This document shows positions 45,254 to 57,587 of a DNA stretch of 64,000 nt, piece after piece; the stretch's first letter is position 1, and each line of letters starts with the position of its first letter. Where the stretch lies: the NCBI GenBank assembly GCA_043228905.1, contig JBHGNT010000016.1, positions 1,798,001 to 1,862,000 on the forward strand. Direction: 5' to 3'. Both the position numbers and the translations under genes were made by a program. The stretch is from Azolla caroliniana. Taxonomy: Eukaryota; Plantae; Polypodiophyta. The notes below the pieces were generated by a model. It had not been told where the DNA came from. It searched no databases and saw only the letters and a program-made list of their open reading frames with translations.

Positions 45254-48200
45254 TCACCATCTTTCAGAAGGGGGTCTTCGAGGAGCCACTATACATTTCC
45301 TTGTGCTATGCTCTCTTGGCAATATTCCATCAGACAGACTATCATTTGCATTAGGCAAATTTTCTCTCTGGCGCCAAACACCACTACTTCTGCCACGCCA
45401 TTGTTCATTTGTGCGATCAAGATTAACTACACGTTGTGTTTGCTTGTATATCACTTTACCCCCTAACTTATCAGTCTTTGTACTCAAAGATGACATGGCT
45501 TTCACAATACCTTCCTTCTTTTGTTTGTTTATCGATGGTCCTCCTGCCTGCTCAGTCTTCCCATCCAAAGAAGCCAAGGTCTTTGCTAAGTAGCTTCCTT
45601 CCTTGAAATCACTATGAGTCAGGGTCTTTGCTAAGTAACTTACTTCCTTCAATTCCCTATGGGTGACTGACCCTAGCTGACCCTTTGAGCTCTCTGGAAA
45701 AGAGGCTACTTTTTTATTTACTGGGGCACCAGGGGGATTTGGTGATAATCCTCCATCATGAAAAGGCATTTGTATGCACCACTTGCCTTTCAGTGTAACT
45801 TCAGATCCCTGCTTTTGAGTACTTACTAGCGGGGGAAAAACACTAACTTCATTTATACCAGATTCAAATGCCACTGGCAGTCTACTATTTACTTCAGGTG
45901 AGTTACCCTCTTCATTGGATAGTGGTAGTAGGTTTCCTTTCGGCCGCTTAGTTTTCTTCTGCAGTTCTGCTTGAGCATCTCTATTATTATCCAACTGCAA
46001 GCACGCATTGACCTTTTCTTCAATCAGATTTTCCATAGCACTCTTTGCTTCAGCAGAGATACCCTCTTCTATAATCAGAGGAACAACCTTAGTCTTTTCC
46101 GTCCTAGTTTTATTCTTGGTCTCACTGAACTCCTCTTCAATTAAATTTTCCATGAAGGGCACCAGATCCTTAGTTCTTTCTTGACGAACATTTTGCAAAT
46201 GTTGTTTTCTACTCTTTGAATATATACTCATTGATGCCAATTTAATCACTGTGGTTTTCTCCAATGGATTTCTCTTGACTCTATATCGACCCATTTTTGA
46301 ATGGACTTGTACTAGCCAAGGTTGTAGACCCAAAGTTTGAGATTCTAAAGGCCAGAGAAATATAGCATCAAGCAATTCCGGTAGATCACAATCTGACCAT
46401 AGGTTATGGAGCATATCAGCAGCAGATTTGAAAGCTTTGAAAATCATATTAGATGAAGTTCTTTGTACAGATCTTGCACAGTTCTCCGCACGATCGAACG
46501 GGTCCTCAACCTACACACATGATGCCAGGACAAAGGATTATGCGTACAACCATTATAATTCTTTAACCAAAGGTGGAAAACATTTATAAAGCAATTGCAT
46601 ACAGTCATTGCAAATTGCTTGTTCCTCCAATCTGTGCATGTTGAGGCCCTATCACCCCATTTTCCACTGAAAGTACAGACAGCCAAGCCTTCTCTCCAGA
46701 GCTCTGTTACTGCTGAAAACTACAAGAATCAGCAGTTTTTTTAGTAATGCGTTACATTAAGGGTACAAAACCTCAATGTGAGATGAAAAACATACAAGAA
46801 TAAATTACAATGGAATAACCAGGAGATCACCATATCTGTCTCATGATTACAAATATTCAAAGAAGAGGATACATATATGCTCCTCTACATTGTTTGAGGC
46901 ATAGAAAGAATGTAGAGATTAAGACTGGGTCTCTTACCCTTTTAATGAAAATAATGTCGTATTCTTTAGTTTTAAAATCTGTATGAGCAATATATTCCAA
47001 ACTAGAATATTGTCCGTACACCAAATGTAGACAAGAAACATACTCATGCCAATGGGCTTGTAATGTGAAAGGGCAAGAGCTATCATGTAAATCCAATTTA
47101 GGGCTAACATTAGGTCCTCATCCTCTCCCCTTTGCGTCCACTAAGGGCTGCTTTCCTCCATGTAGCTTTTTTACACTAATTAATTGGGATGTACATGTCT
47201 TTTACTCATCAATGATCTATTTAATTGAGACATTGCATATGTTTTCTCATATAATAATTATCTATTAAATTAAGACAAACATATTTCTTAATTGGTGTAG
47301 TTTAGGGGTGTGTTAAAGTTAATTTATCGTATAAAGAAGCCTTTGAGGCTTCCTCCGTTGTATGGAGTGTACAGATAGGTGCTTTTATGTGTTAAAGTAT
47401 GACATGTTCTTTGCGACTGTGGACTGCTCAATTCATACTCTCCCCCTTTACTTTCCTAACTCTCCCACTTAATTGATAATTATGCAGATAGTTCATATCT
47501 AGTAACAGTTTTCTTTTTAACTGCAAGCAAGCAAAAATGGTAGAATGTCAATTGACCTGATGTGGTCTACGATATAACATGGCTATTACACACTTTGAAC
47601 CTGATTTCAACAAAGTCCTAGTCATGGTCTAATTGATTGCTGAGACCACATAAACTCAACAGGTCACAACCTTTGGATCTGATGGACATTAAAATATAGA
47701 GTATAAATAATGAATATTGCAATTTAAACAAAAGACAGGCTAGCATCTTCACCAAATACGGAATCTCTGCAGTTGACAACTTTTTTTATATGTCGTGCTA
47801 ATATTAACATCGCTAGACCAAACTAACAATTTCATATAGAACATAAATAAAACAAACGGTAAAGATCAAGGAGAAGAAGAAAATTAGAACATCCCACCAA
47901 CATAGTGCCATGTACGCATACATAACGATCCAAAGCATACCTGGTTAAAAAATGATGTGAACAGCTCTGCAACAGTGCTTTTGTTCTGCCTGCCAAACTC
48001 TTCTATGATGAATGGCTGGATTTTCCTCCAACAATCATCCAAAACCTTCTCAGCACAATTCCGTGGATCTACGCATAAATTAATCTTAATAATACTCCAA
48101 AATTCCAACACACATGAGCATCTGTAAAGCATACTTATCATACTTGCCTGATAACTGTCTAGCAACATCTTCATCTAAAAGTGCATTAAGTGGAGGTAAT

Positions 48201-49699
48201 ATTGGTGGTGAACGTGTCTGAAATGTACATCACCAGCATATATCATGAAAAAAATTCATATGGACTGATGCTAAACCGAAATATATACTTCTAATGTTAA
48301 TATGTTGGTTTTCACAGATTACTTGCAAATGGAAGATAGCAAGCAAGCACAATGCAAATGAGTTCAATGTGCCCGCCTTTGGATCATTAATGTGATTTGC
48401 CTTCGCCCAGAACTTAACCTACAAGAATCAATTTAGCATTTAACATGTGCTTCATATTTGAAAGTATTCTAAGTTAACACAGAAATGTCAAAGATAATTG
48501 ATTACCAGAAAAATCAAATCACGACACCTTGAATCTATCTCACCAATCCAGCGCAATAACCGTGACTTTAGTACAGCCACATTATTATGAACTGATACGT
48601 CGCATGATATATTATATTGCATATCTTCAAAGCTAACGAGTGGCACACGTGCACCTGGAACTAACATAACTTTCCGGCAAGGAGCTAAGAAAAAGTATGC
48701 AGCCATGAGGTTAGATGCTTAACAAAACCCGGCTTCCAAAATTAACCCTCCTTACAAAGCAAGATGATATAAAGACAATACACCTCATAAGATTCTTTCC
48801 TCGACAATTGAAACAAAACTTTCAAGTTCCACAACAATCAAGTCTTATGTGTATGTTTATATGAAAATTAAATGTGTATATACTTGTATGCATAGAAGTA
48901 TGTTCTGTCATGGACACAAAAGGCCAATAACAAAAAATAAGACAAGTGCCAAAGTGTAATGAGCCACCTTTATATATCACATTATTCATGAAGGAACGTA
49001 GAATTTTGACTTTTTCTCTTTTGCTGATCTTTTCAAACACATACTTGTTGGACAACTCTAAAGATAGATCCAAATCTGCCCATCGAGAATAGAAATTGGA
49101 TTCAAAGGACCCAAACGCACTAAGTCTTGCTCCTGCATTAGATAACAAACAGCAGCCATACATATATGAGTGTATTATATATGTATATACATATAAAAAA
49201 TATGACAACCGCCAACTAGTTTGCCCTATTCATATCAATGCTAAAATGTGGATGCAAACTGGGAAGTCAAACCTAACCAACATGTGCACTGCCTTAGGAG
49301 AAATATATACACGCATAAGTAAAGACTTTGCTAATTCCATATAACTTTCAGAAACTTGCCTTGGTAATTCTCCATATTAGTAATTGCTGATGACAAATTA
49401 TTGAGAATGTTCAACCTTGCTAGATAGTCAGCTTCCTTTGGCTGGAGTTCAAAAGCAAGGTCATCAAGAAAGCCCTGAAATTCACATATTAATTCACTTT
49501 GACATGCTCCTGTATTATACTGCCTCTGAGACTCCATTTCAACAGCTCGCATAGGCAAATATGATGCAACAGTATCATCATCACTAAGACCTGTCGAATA
49601 GCACATTAACCAATTAAGCATAAAGCAGAAGATACTGAGATGGATCAGTGTCAAACACTTACATAGTTCATCACCAACTATTCCAAATTCAAACTCCAT
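45254..49699 (-). CDS. HESO1: HESO1-like terminal nucleotidyltransferase (TUTase), paralog A, ~759 aa
   Basis: FGSFESNFYSRWADLDLS (GS + DxD), ARVP...ISCDVS, LKSRLLRWI.EIDSRCRDLIFLVKFWAKA..INDPKAGTLNS, VEDPFDRAENCARSV. Exons: 49699-49663, 49590-49360, 49132-48968, 48684-48506, 48418-48323, 48217-48148, 48068-47941, 46719-46603, 46510-45254 (2280 nt, in frame). Confidence 0.9.
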
Positions 49700-52049
49700 T
49701 TCTACAATTTTAAGTTTGCAGACAAAATGGCAGTCTGATTGATGGACTACAATGATTGATCAGATTCTGATTTGATATTCCAGTCAATAGCGTTCCTGCA
49801 GCACAAAATAGAACGTGCCAAGATAATCACTAGAACCAGGAAATGATAAGTTCAATTTAGCCACGTTTACAGATTTTTAAGACTTCACACTAGTTTTCCA
49901 AATACATTCTGCACGAGCTTCTGTATTTCTAGTTCTTGGAAGTCCAGCATAATTAACGTACAAAAAGGTACACATGCTTATGAAAATAATCCTATGATCC
50001 TTATGTATGGTTTATATGTACAATTATGATTGTCGGATATTAGGATAGAGACTGAGGTGAATTTATTGTAGACACTTTATCGCTTCATACTTATGTTTCT
50101 AAGTAGATTTATATGCATATGTACATTGCATTACGTATATACACAACCATGTCGATGGATCTTAAAAATGGCAGAGAAAAACAGAGAAATGGTGGATGGC
50201 CTTCAGATACATGAAATTTTAACAAGTTATACTACTTTTCCAGCAGATTATGTAGATGTGTTTGCAATCTGTTTACACGTACAGACATATGTGCATATGT
50301 ATGTAGGTAGGTAAGTATGTATATACGTATGTATGCATGCATGAATTTGTTAAGACTCTTGCACTTATGCATTATATGAGGAACACAAATGTGTGTGTAT
50401 ATGCAAATAATGCCCGTGGATACAAGACTATAAGATATACTTATGACACAAATGGGATGTAATGCATATGTAAACGCAACAGAAAAGTGAGGTTCGTTTT
50501 ACGAATCAAGCAGATGTTGAGATATCCTACAGAGAGAGGAAATACGTGCTAATTGTGAGCATGCCTTCTGTAACGTAGGATTCCTGGTAAAGCTGAAAAT
50601 CAGCCGGCATACATAGTGAGCAGAGATTAGGGCAGATTCTGTATTACTTCAACACAAGGGAAAAGGCGACAGATGAAAGAATTTAACCTGTTGATCACTC
50701 GCCTCTGAGACAACGTCGAGAATACCATGGATTCTAAGGGCAATACCTCCCCGCCTTCTGTCGTTACAGTGCTTCTTCGTCTTCGTCAGAACAACGCATG
50801 GATTCCTTCCTCCTTGCTTTCGGTCGTTTCTTTCTTCCGGCGAAAGGGGGGAAGGCCATTGGCCGGCCGCCGGTAAATCTCTATGTATTTGTTGGCCGGC
50901 CAAAACTTGGTTAGCCCTCGGGGCCTCGACGGACGGACGGACGGACAGATAGACTCACTGATCGGACATCCATGCTCGTGTTTGTTGAACAAAGTCCTCG
51001 GACACTGAACAACCACTATTGTGCCTCTCATGCAAAAAAACTCTAGAGGGGCGCCGATCAAACCGCTCCTCGGAAAATCCACACCCGATTGATGAGCTAC
51101 GTAAATTGTTTGTAAGTTTCCCGAGGAATGGAAGTAGGTATGCTATGTAAGATCTTTCTAACCAATGAAGATCCAATCAATCGCAAAGAGGTATTGCTTT
51201 GCATTTGGTTCAGTTACTCAATGCACAGACTAAAATACTTGTTGATGTTGCTAATATGTCACAAAAGCATTTGTCCGAAAACAATTCAATACAAATATGA
51301 ATCACTTGTGGAAATCCATCTTGAGGTGGCATAATCTCCCTAGTCATTATCTCATTAGACAATCAGACACAGTCCCCTACATCGGATCGATCGAACAAAG
51401 CATCCCCAATAAATAAAACGAGCTTTTCTAACTTACCAATTGCTTGGTTATGTTGAAGTCTTCTTATCTTCTCAAATTCATAAGAGTAGGTCAACTTCTA
51501 CTTAACACTTTCCCAGATAAAGAAGTAAAATGTCTTTTACATATCACAATATTAATAAGACTATATTTGAAGTTTTTTGAACAAATGAATCACAATGTTA
51601 CATCACTAGGTATATTTAATCATTGACTCTCTTTGTTAGTCATAGCGTAAACCTTAAGTCTCCATCGTAAGCGTTTGAGCTCAACTTCTTGTACATGGGT
51701 GTGGTTAATATCTTCATTTCATTAATAAGAGTTGTTGTCATTGTTGATTTCTTGTGTGGACCTTCCTTTAATTCAATGAATGTGGTAACAAAGGTTAACA
51801 CTCTTTCATTAATGTAGTCGTCATTTTTTTATCATGTATAAGCATCATATCATGAAGGTGATTTGTTAGCTAGTTCCCTCTATTGGCATGCTTGGGAGCG
51901 GTTAGCCCCTTATCTCCCTTATCTAGCCAACACAATTTGTTTGCCAATGGGACTCTCATCATATGTTAAATAGGTTACATGGATAATTACTTTAACAAGA
52001 CTCACTTGAAAATTATGACTTGAGTAATATTTCTAGTGCCACATTCTTG

Positions 52050-52640
52050 GGAACATGCTTCAAAATCATTGGTATGACAAGAAATGTAAAGAATTGTATT
52101 AACAACTTCATACAAATGTAAACCTTGGGAGATTACACAACAAATAACTTATGAGGAAACAGAATGTTGGGACTTATGCATGCTACCTCTTCATGAGCAA
52201 TGACTCAACCATTTGTAGAAACATACCCACGTTGACTCTCCAACATTCTATCTTGACCCTATCAAGAGGATAAAGTGAAGTCATGGATGCCTAAGCATAT
52301 CTAAGAATTAGTTTACAAGCACGAACAAGTGCTTCTCTACAACTCAAGCGACTGAAGATCCACTCAAGGACATGAAGCTATAGCCATTCTAGAACAGCGC
52401 CACCATCCATACTTCCAACATATCTATGGCAGCTCTATGGCATGCCCCACTATAAAGATAATTTCATGAACTTCTTCAATGATGGATTCATATAGAGATT
52501 GAGGTACTTGAACAGTCTACATGCCCCATACTGCACGTAAAGCAATTGGCCAATCAGAGTTTCCTCCCAGCAACTAGAGATGAAAGCAAGATCAGCAATA
52601 AGCATACCTAGAGCTGAAAGATTTTGCAGATTATGTGTAC
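52050..52640. mobile_element. Possible scrambled LINE RT relic between the HESO1 copies
   Basis: Short decayed peptides (WYDKKCKE on +; IVGH...GAVLE-like on -). Weak support. Confidence 0.3.
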
Positions 52641-52884
52641 ATTATGTTTATGAATAGAGAGACTCCATGTTGGCTCTTTCCTTTCATTATGTGTATGCTC
52701 AAAAATAGAATCAGGACATCTTGCAAAAGACTATGGATCATTCCAAGCCCATGGTCAAACTAGTTGGTAAGAAATGCATAATTATACAATGAAATGTCCA
52801 TATAGCTTCTTTCATCAGTACCACAAGCCTCCAATAATGAAATACAACTTATGATACAGTAATCAGTTATACAAGTGTTCTTGA

Positions 52885-55800
52885 TCAAACACCACTACTT
52901 GTGCCATAATTTGAACGCTGTTGTTCATTTGTGCGATTGAGTTTGACTACACGTTGTCTTTGCTTGTATATCACTTTATGCCCTGCCTCATCAGACTTTG
53001 TACCCGAAGACGACATGGGTTTCACAATACCTTCTTTCTTTTGTTTGTTTATCGATGGTCCTCCTGCCCGCTCAGTCTTCCCATCCAAAGAAGGGAAGGT
53101 CTTTGCTAAGTAGCTTCCTTCCTTGGACTCACTATGAGTCAGGGTCTTCGCTACGTAACTTGCTTCCTTGAATTCCCTATGAGCGACAAACCTCGGCTGG
53201 GCCTTTGAACTCTCTGGGAAAGTTGCTCCTTGTTTATTTACGTGGGCACCAGGGGGCTTTGGTGATAATCCTCCATCTTGAAGTGGCATTTGTATGCACC
53301 GCTTGCCTTTAAGTGTGGTTATATTTTTATCTTGAACCTCACGTCCCAGCTTCTGAGCACTTACTAGTACAGGAAATGTATTAGCTTCATTTACGTTAGG
53401 TTCTGATCTCTCTTTTGTTCCAACATTTTCTACCTTTACGGATTTTGCCTCATTCAGAAAGCCAAAGGTTTGCAGTTGAAAGCATCGAATTTCCTCTTTT
53501 TGCACACTATTTTCCATTTTCGACATCTCAATCAACGTAGAATTACGCTTATGTAGACTTAGGATTTCTCTTTCGGAACCTGTGTCCAAATCATCACAAA
53601 TGGTTTGGTTACTAGCTACCTTCCTTTCATAAGGATATTCACAATCTCTTGAAGTATCTTTCCTTCCTTTCAATATTGCTCTCATCCTTTCTGCTCGTTC
53701 TTTGCCATTTTGATTCTTTTCATTTGTAATCTTCATCTCTAGCTGAGAAACTACTGTTTCCAACTCTATCACTGTGTTTTCAAGTTGAGAAATAGTGATC
53801 TCCTGTGCCTTCACTTTGACTTTTTCCAGCTTCAACTTTGATATGAGGTCTATATTTTCCTCCCCAAGTTCCTTCAAATCACTTTCGCGTTCTTCAAGAT
53901 CTTTCGTAACAACATCTACCATATTCTTTAGAGCTTCATTTGCTATTTTTAGCCCTGTAATATCCAACTCATGAACTAAGTTAGTATCTTCCAATTCCAT
54001 CTTTCCCTTCAATAACTTTTCAAGCTCTTGTTCTTTTGCAAAGACCTTGTTTTCTAATATCTCATTCTTGCGTATTTCTTCTGAAAGCGTCTTCTTTAGT
54101 ACATAAAGCTCTTGCTTCACAGATACTCTCTTCTTTACTTGAGCTGAGTTACCCTCTTCATTGGGCAGTGGAAGTACCTTTCCTTTCAGCCTTCTAGCTT
54201 TCTTCTGTAGTTCTATTTTAGCTTCTCCATTATTATTCAGCTGTGAGGACAGACTGAAATTTTTTTCAATGGGATTTGTCGCAACATTCTTTACTTCAGC
54301 AGAATTACCCTCTATACTGGTCAGTGGAACTACTTTCTTTTTACCTGTCCTAATTTCATTCTTGGCCTCTACTTTACCTTCTCCATTATTATCCAACTGC
54401 AAGCACCCCCTCAATTCTTCTTCAATGGGATTTTCTACAAATGGCACCAGCTCCTTGGGTTTTCCTTTATGAGCATTTTTCGAGTATTTGCTGTTTGATG
54501 TCAATTTAACCGCTCTGGTTATCTCAAATGTATTTCTTTTGACTCTATATACGGTTGTTTTTGAATGAACTTGTGAGAGCCAATGTTGTAGACCCAAAGA
54601 TTGAATGTTTAAAGGCCAGCAAAATATAGCATCAAGCAATCCTGGTAGATCACAAACTGACAACGGATTATAGAGCTTATCAGCTGAGGATTCAAAAGCT
54701 TTGAAAATCATACTAGATTCTGCATCTTGTACAGATCTAGCACAGTTCTCAGCACGATCAAATGGGTCTTCAACCTACGCACATGCCAAAACAAAGTATT
54801 CTTGAGAACAATCATCATGAAACTTTAACCAAAGATGAACAATAATTATAAAGCATGTTAAATAGCAGTAGAGGGATAACATACAGTCATTGCAAATCCC
54901 TTGCTTCTCCACTTTGCACATGTTGAGTCTCTATCACCCCATTCTCCCGAGAAAGTACAGACGGCCAAACCTTGTCTCCAAAATTCTGTTACTACTGAAA
55001 ACTATGAAAAACCAGCAGTTTTTTTGTGATACGTTACATTATTGGTAGACAACTAGATTGAGATAAAATCACACAAAAATAAATTACAACACGAAATGAC
55101 TAGGAAATCATTATATATCATGTCTAGAAACATAGAAAGAATATAAAGATTACGATCAGATCTCTTACACTCCTTCCTAACCCTCCCCCTTTATTCGTAA
55201 ACTTGTGGATAGTGCATTTTCTGTTATGTTTATATTCCTAACTGCAAGCAATTATCACAATGGATCTAATGTAGTATAACATATAGCTATTACAGATTTC
55301 GAACCAGATTTCCACAAAGTGGTAGTCATGTTCTAATTACTGCTAAGACCAAACATACTTGGCAGCTCACTCTTCTGGATCCAATGCAGATTAGAAGTTT
55401 GAGTATCATAGAAAACATTGCAAAACATTGAGTACGAACAATGTGTGTTGCAGCTTAAAAGCTGGCTCCAATAGCATACTAATACATGGGTATGGCAATG
55501 AATATTGCAGAACATTGCGTAAGAACAATGAATATTGCAGCTAAAATGCTAGACCTGATGCAAATTAATTTATATTGAGAACAAACAATGAATATTGCAG
55601 CTAAAATGCTAGACCTGATGCACATTAATTTATATTGAGAACAAACAATGAATATTGCAAAACATGGAATAAGAACAATGAATATTGCAGCTAAAATGCT
55701 GGATCTGATGCACATTAAAATATTGAGAACAAACAATGAATATTGCAAAACATAGAATAAGAACAGTGAATAATGCAGCTTAGACACATTAACTGAATGA

Positions 55801-57587
55801 ACCAAAAAGAGAGACAGACAGCTCCAACTACATAAGGAATCTCGTGATAGCACTTCAACACAGCATCCCCAAATTAAGAGTTCCAGACACAACATAAATA
55901 AAATAAAGGATAAAGACCAATATAAGAAGAAAAAATAGACCCACCAACAGGGAACCATGCATGCATAAGTACACAAAGCAAACCTGGTTGAAAAAAGATT
56001 TGAACAGTTCTGCTACAGTGCTTTTATTCTGGTCACCAAACTTTCGTATGATGAATGGCTTGATCTTCTCCAAACAATCATCCAGAACCTTATCAACACA
56101 ATTCCGAGCACCTAAATACGCATTAACTTTAATAACGCTCGAAAAATACATCACCATCTGCAAAGAACACTTATCATACTTGCCTAATAACTGTCTAGCA
56201 ACATCTTCATCCAAAATGGCATTAAGCGGTGGTAATATTGGTGGTGAACGCGTCTGGAATGTATATCATCAGCATAACTTGAGAAAATTTCACGTGGTCG
56301 GATCCTAAAGCCAAATTTCTAATGTTTAAATGTCACTTCATGGCTTACTTGTAAATGGAAGATCACAAGCAAGCATAACGCAAATGAGTTCAATGTGCCC
56401 GCCTTTGGATCATTTATGCAATGTGCCTTGGCCCAGAACTTAACCTACAAGAGTAATTTTTGCATTTAAAATGTGCTTCATAAGCGAATGTATCCTAAGC
56501 TAATTCAGGAATGTCAGAAATAATTGTTTACCAGAAAAATCAAATCACGACACCTTGAATCTATCATGCCAATCCAGCGGAGCAACCGTGATTTTAGTAC
56601 AGCCGCATCATTTTCAACTGATACATCACATGAAATGTTATGTTGCATATCTTGAAAGCTAATAATTGGCACACGTGCGTCTGCAACTAATATCGCGTTC
56701 CGACCCAGACCTAGGAAAAGCATAGACTAATGAGGTTAGGTGCTTGATCTCTGGCTCTTTTTCAAGGTTTTCCCTCCTCTAGCACGACGAGATAAAGACA
56801 ATATATCATGGACACAGAAGCCAATTAATAATAATAAATAAGACAAGTGACAAAGTGTAGGGAAGCACCTCTACGTATCACATCATTCAAGAAAAGCTGT
56901 AGAACTTTGATTTTTTCTTTCTTGCTGATTTGCTCAGAGGCATATCTGTTGGACAGCTCTAAAGACAGGTCCAAATCTGCCCATCGAGAAAAGAAATCGT
57001 ACTCAAAAGACCCAAATGTATTTAGTTTTGATCCTGCATTTAAACATAGGATCAATTTTAGCTGACACAGGAAACGGAATTCACAATATGTGTGTACATC
57101 ACAAGAAGCAACAACCAATTATTCCTTCTTATTCGTATCAATGCTTAAACGTATGCACAGACTTAGGGGCCAAATCCAACTAGTCAAGGAGAAAAAGCTA
57201 CATATCTATACAAATACTGTATTAATTCCTTGTAAATTTCAGGAACTTGCCTTGCCAATTCTTTGTATTATCCATCGCTGATGTCAAATTATTGAGAATT
57301 TCCAACCTTGCTTGATAATCAACTTCCCCTGGCTGGAGTTCAAAAGCAAGGTCATGAAGGAAATCCTGAAATTTGCATATTAATTCATTTTCACATGCTC
57401 CTATATCACACTGCCTCTGAGACTCCATTTCAACTGCTCGCATAGGTAAATCTGATGCAAGACTACTAAGACCTGTATGGTAGAACATTTGCCAATTAAG
57501 TAGATACAGAAAGCAGAAGATACAGAAGTGGATCCATGTCAAATACTTACATGATTCATTGCCAGCTATGCCAAACTCAAAATCCAT
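52885..57587 (-). CDS. HESO1: HESO1-like terminal nucleotidyltransferase, paralog B, ~967 aa with a coiled-coil-containing insert
   Basis: Same motifs (FGSFEYDFFSRWADLDLS, ISCDVS, VEDPFDRAENCARSV). Exons: 57587-57551, 57472-57251, 57033-56869, 56710-56532, 56444-56349, 56253-56184, 56111-55984, 55001-54885, 54774-52885 (2904 nt, in frame). Internal exons 3-8 are the same size as in paralog A. Confidence 0.9.
55495..55790. repeat. Minisatellite of 30/60-bp units (CAATGAATATTGCA...) in intron 7 of paralog B
   Basis: CAATGAATATTGCA occurs 6 times. Paralog A has one related copy at ~47707. Confidence 0.9.

Noticed and set aside
55479-55976. 165-aa hydrophobic repeat ORF
   Set aside because: It is the translation of the intronic minisatellite inside HESO1 paralog B.
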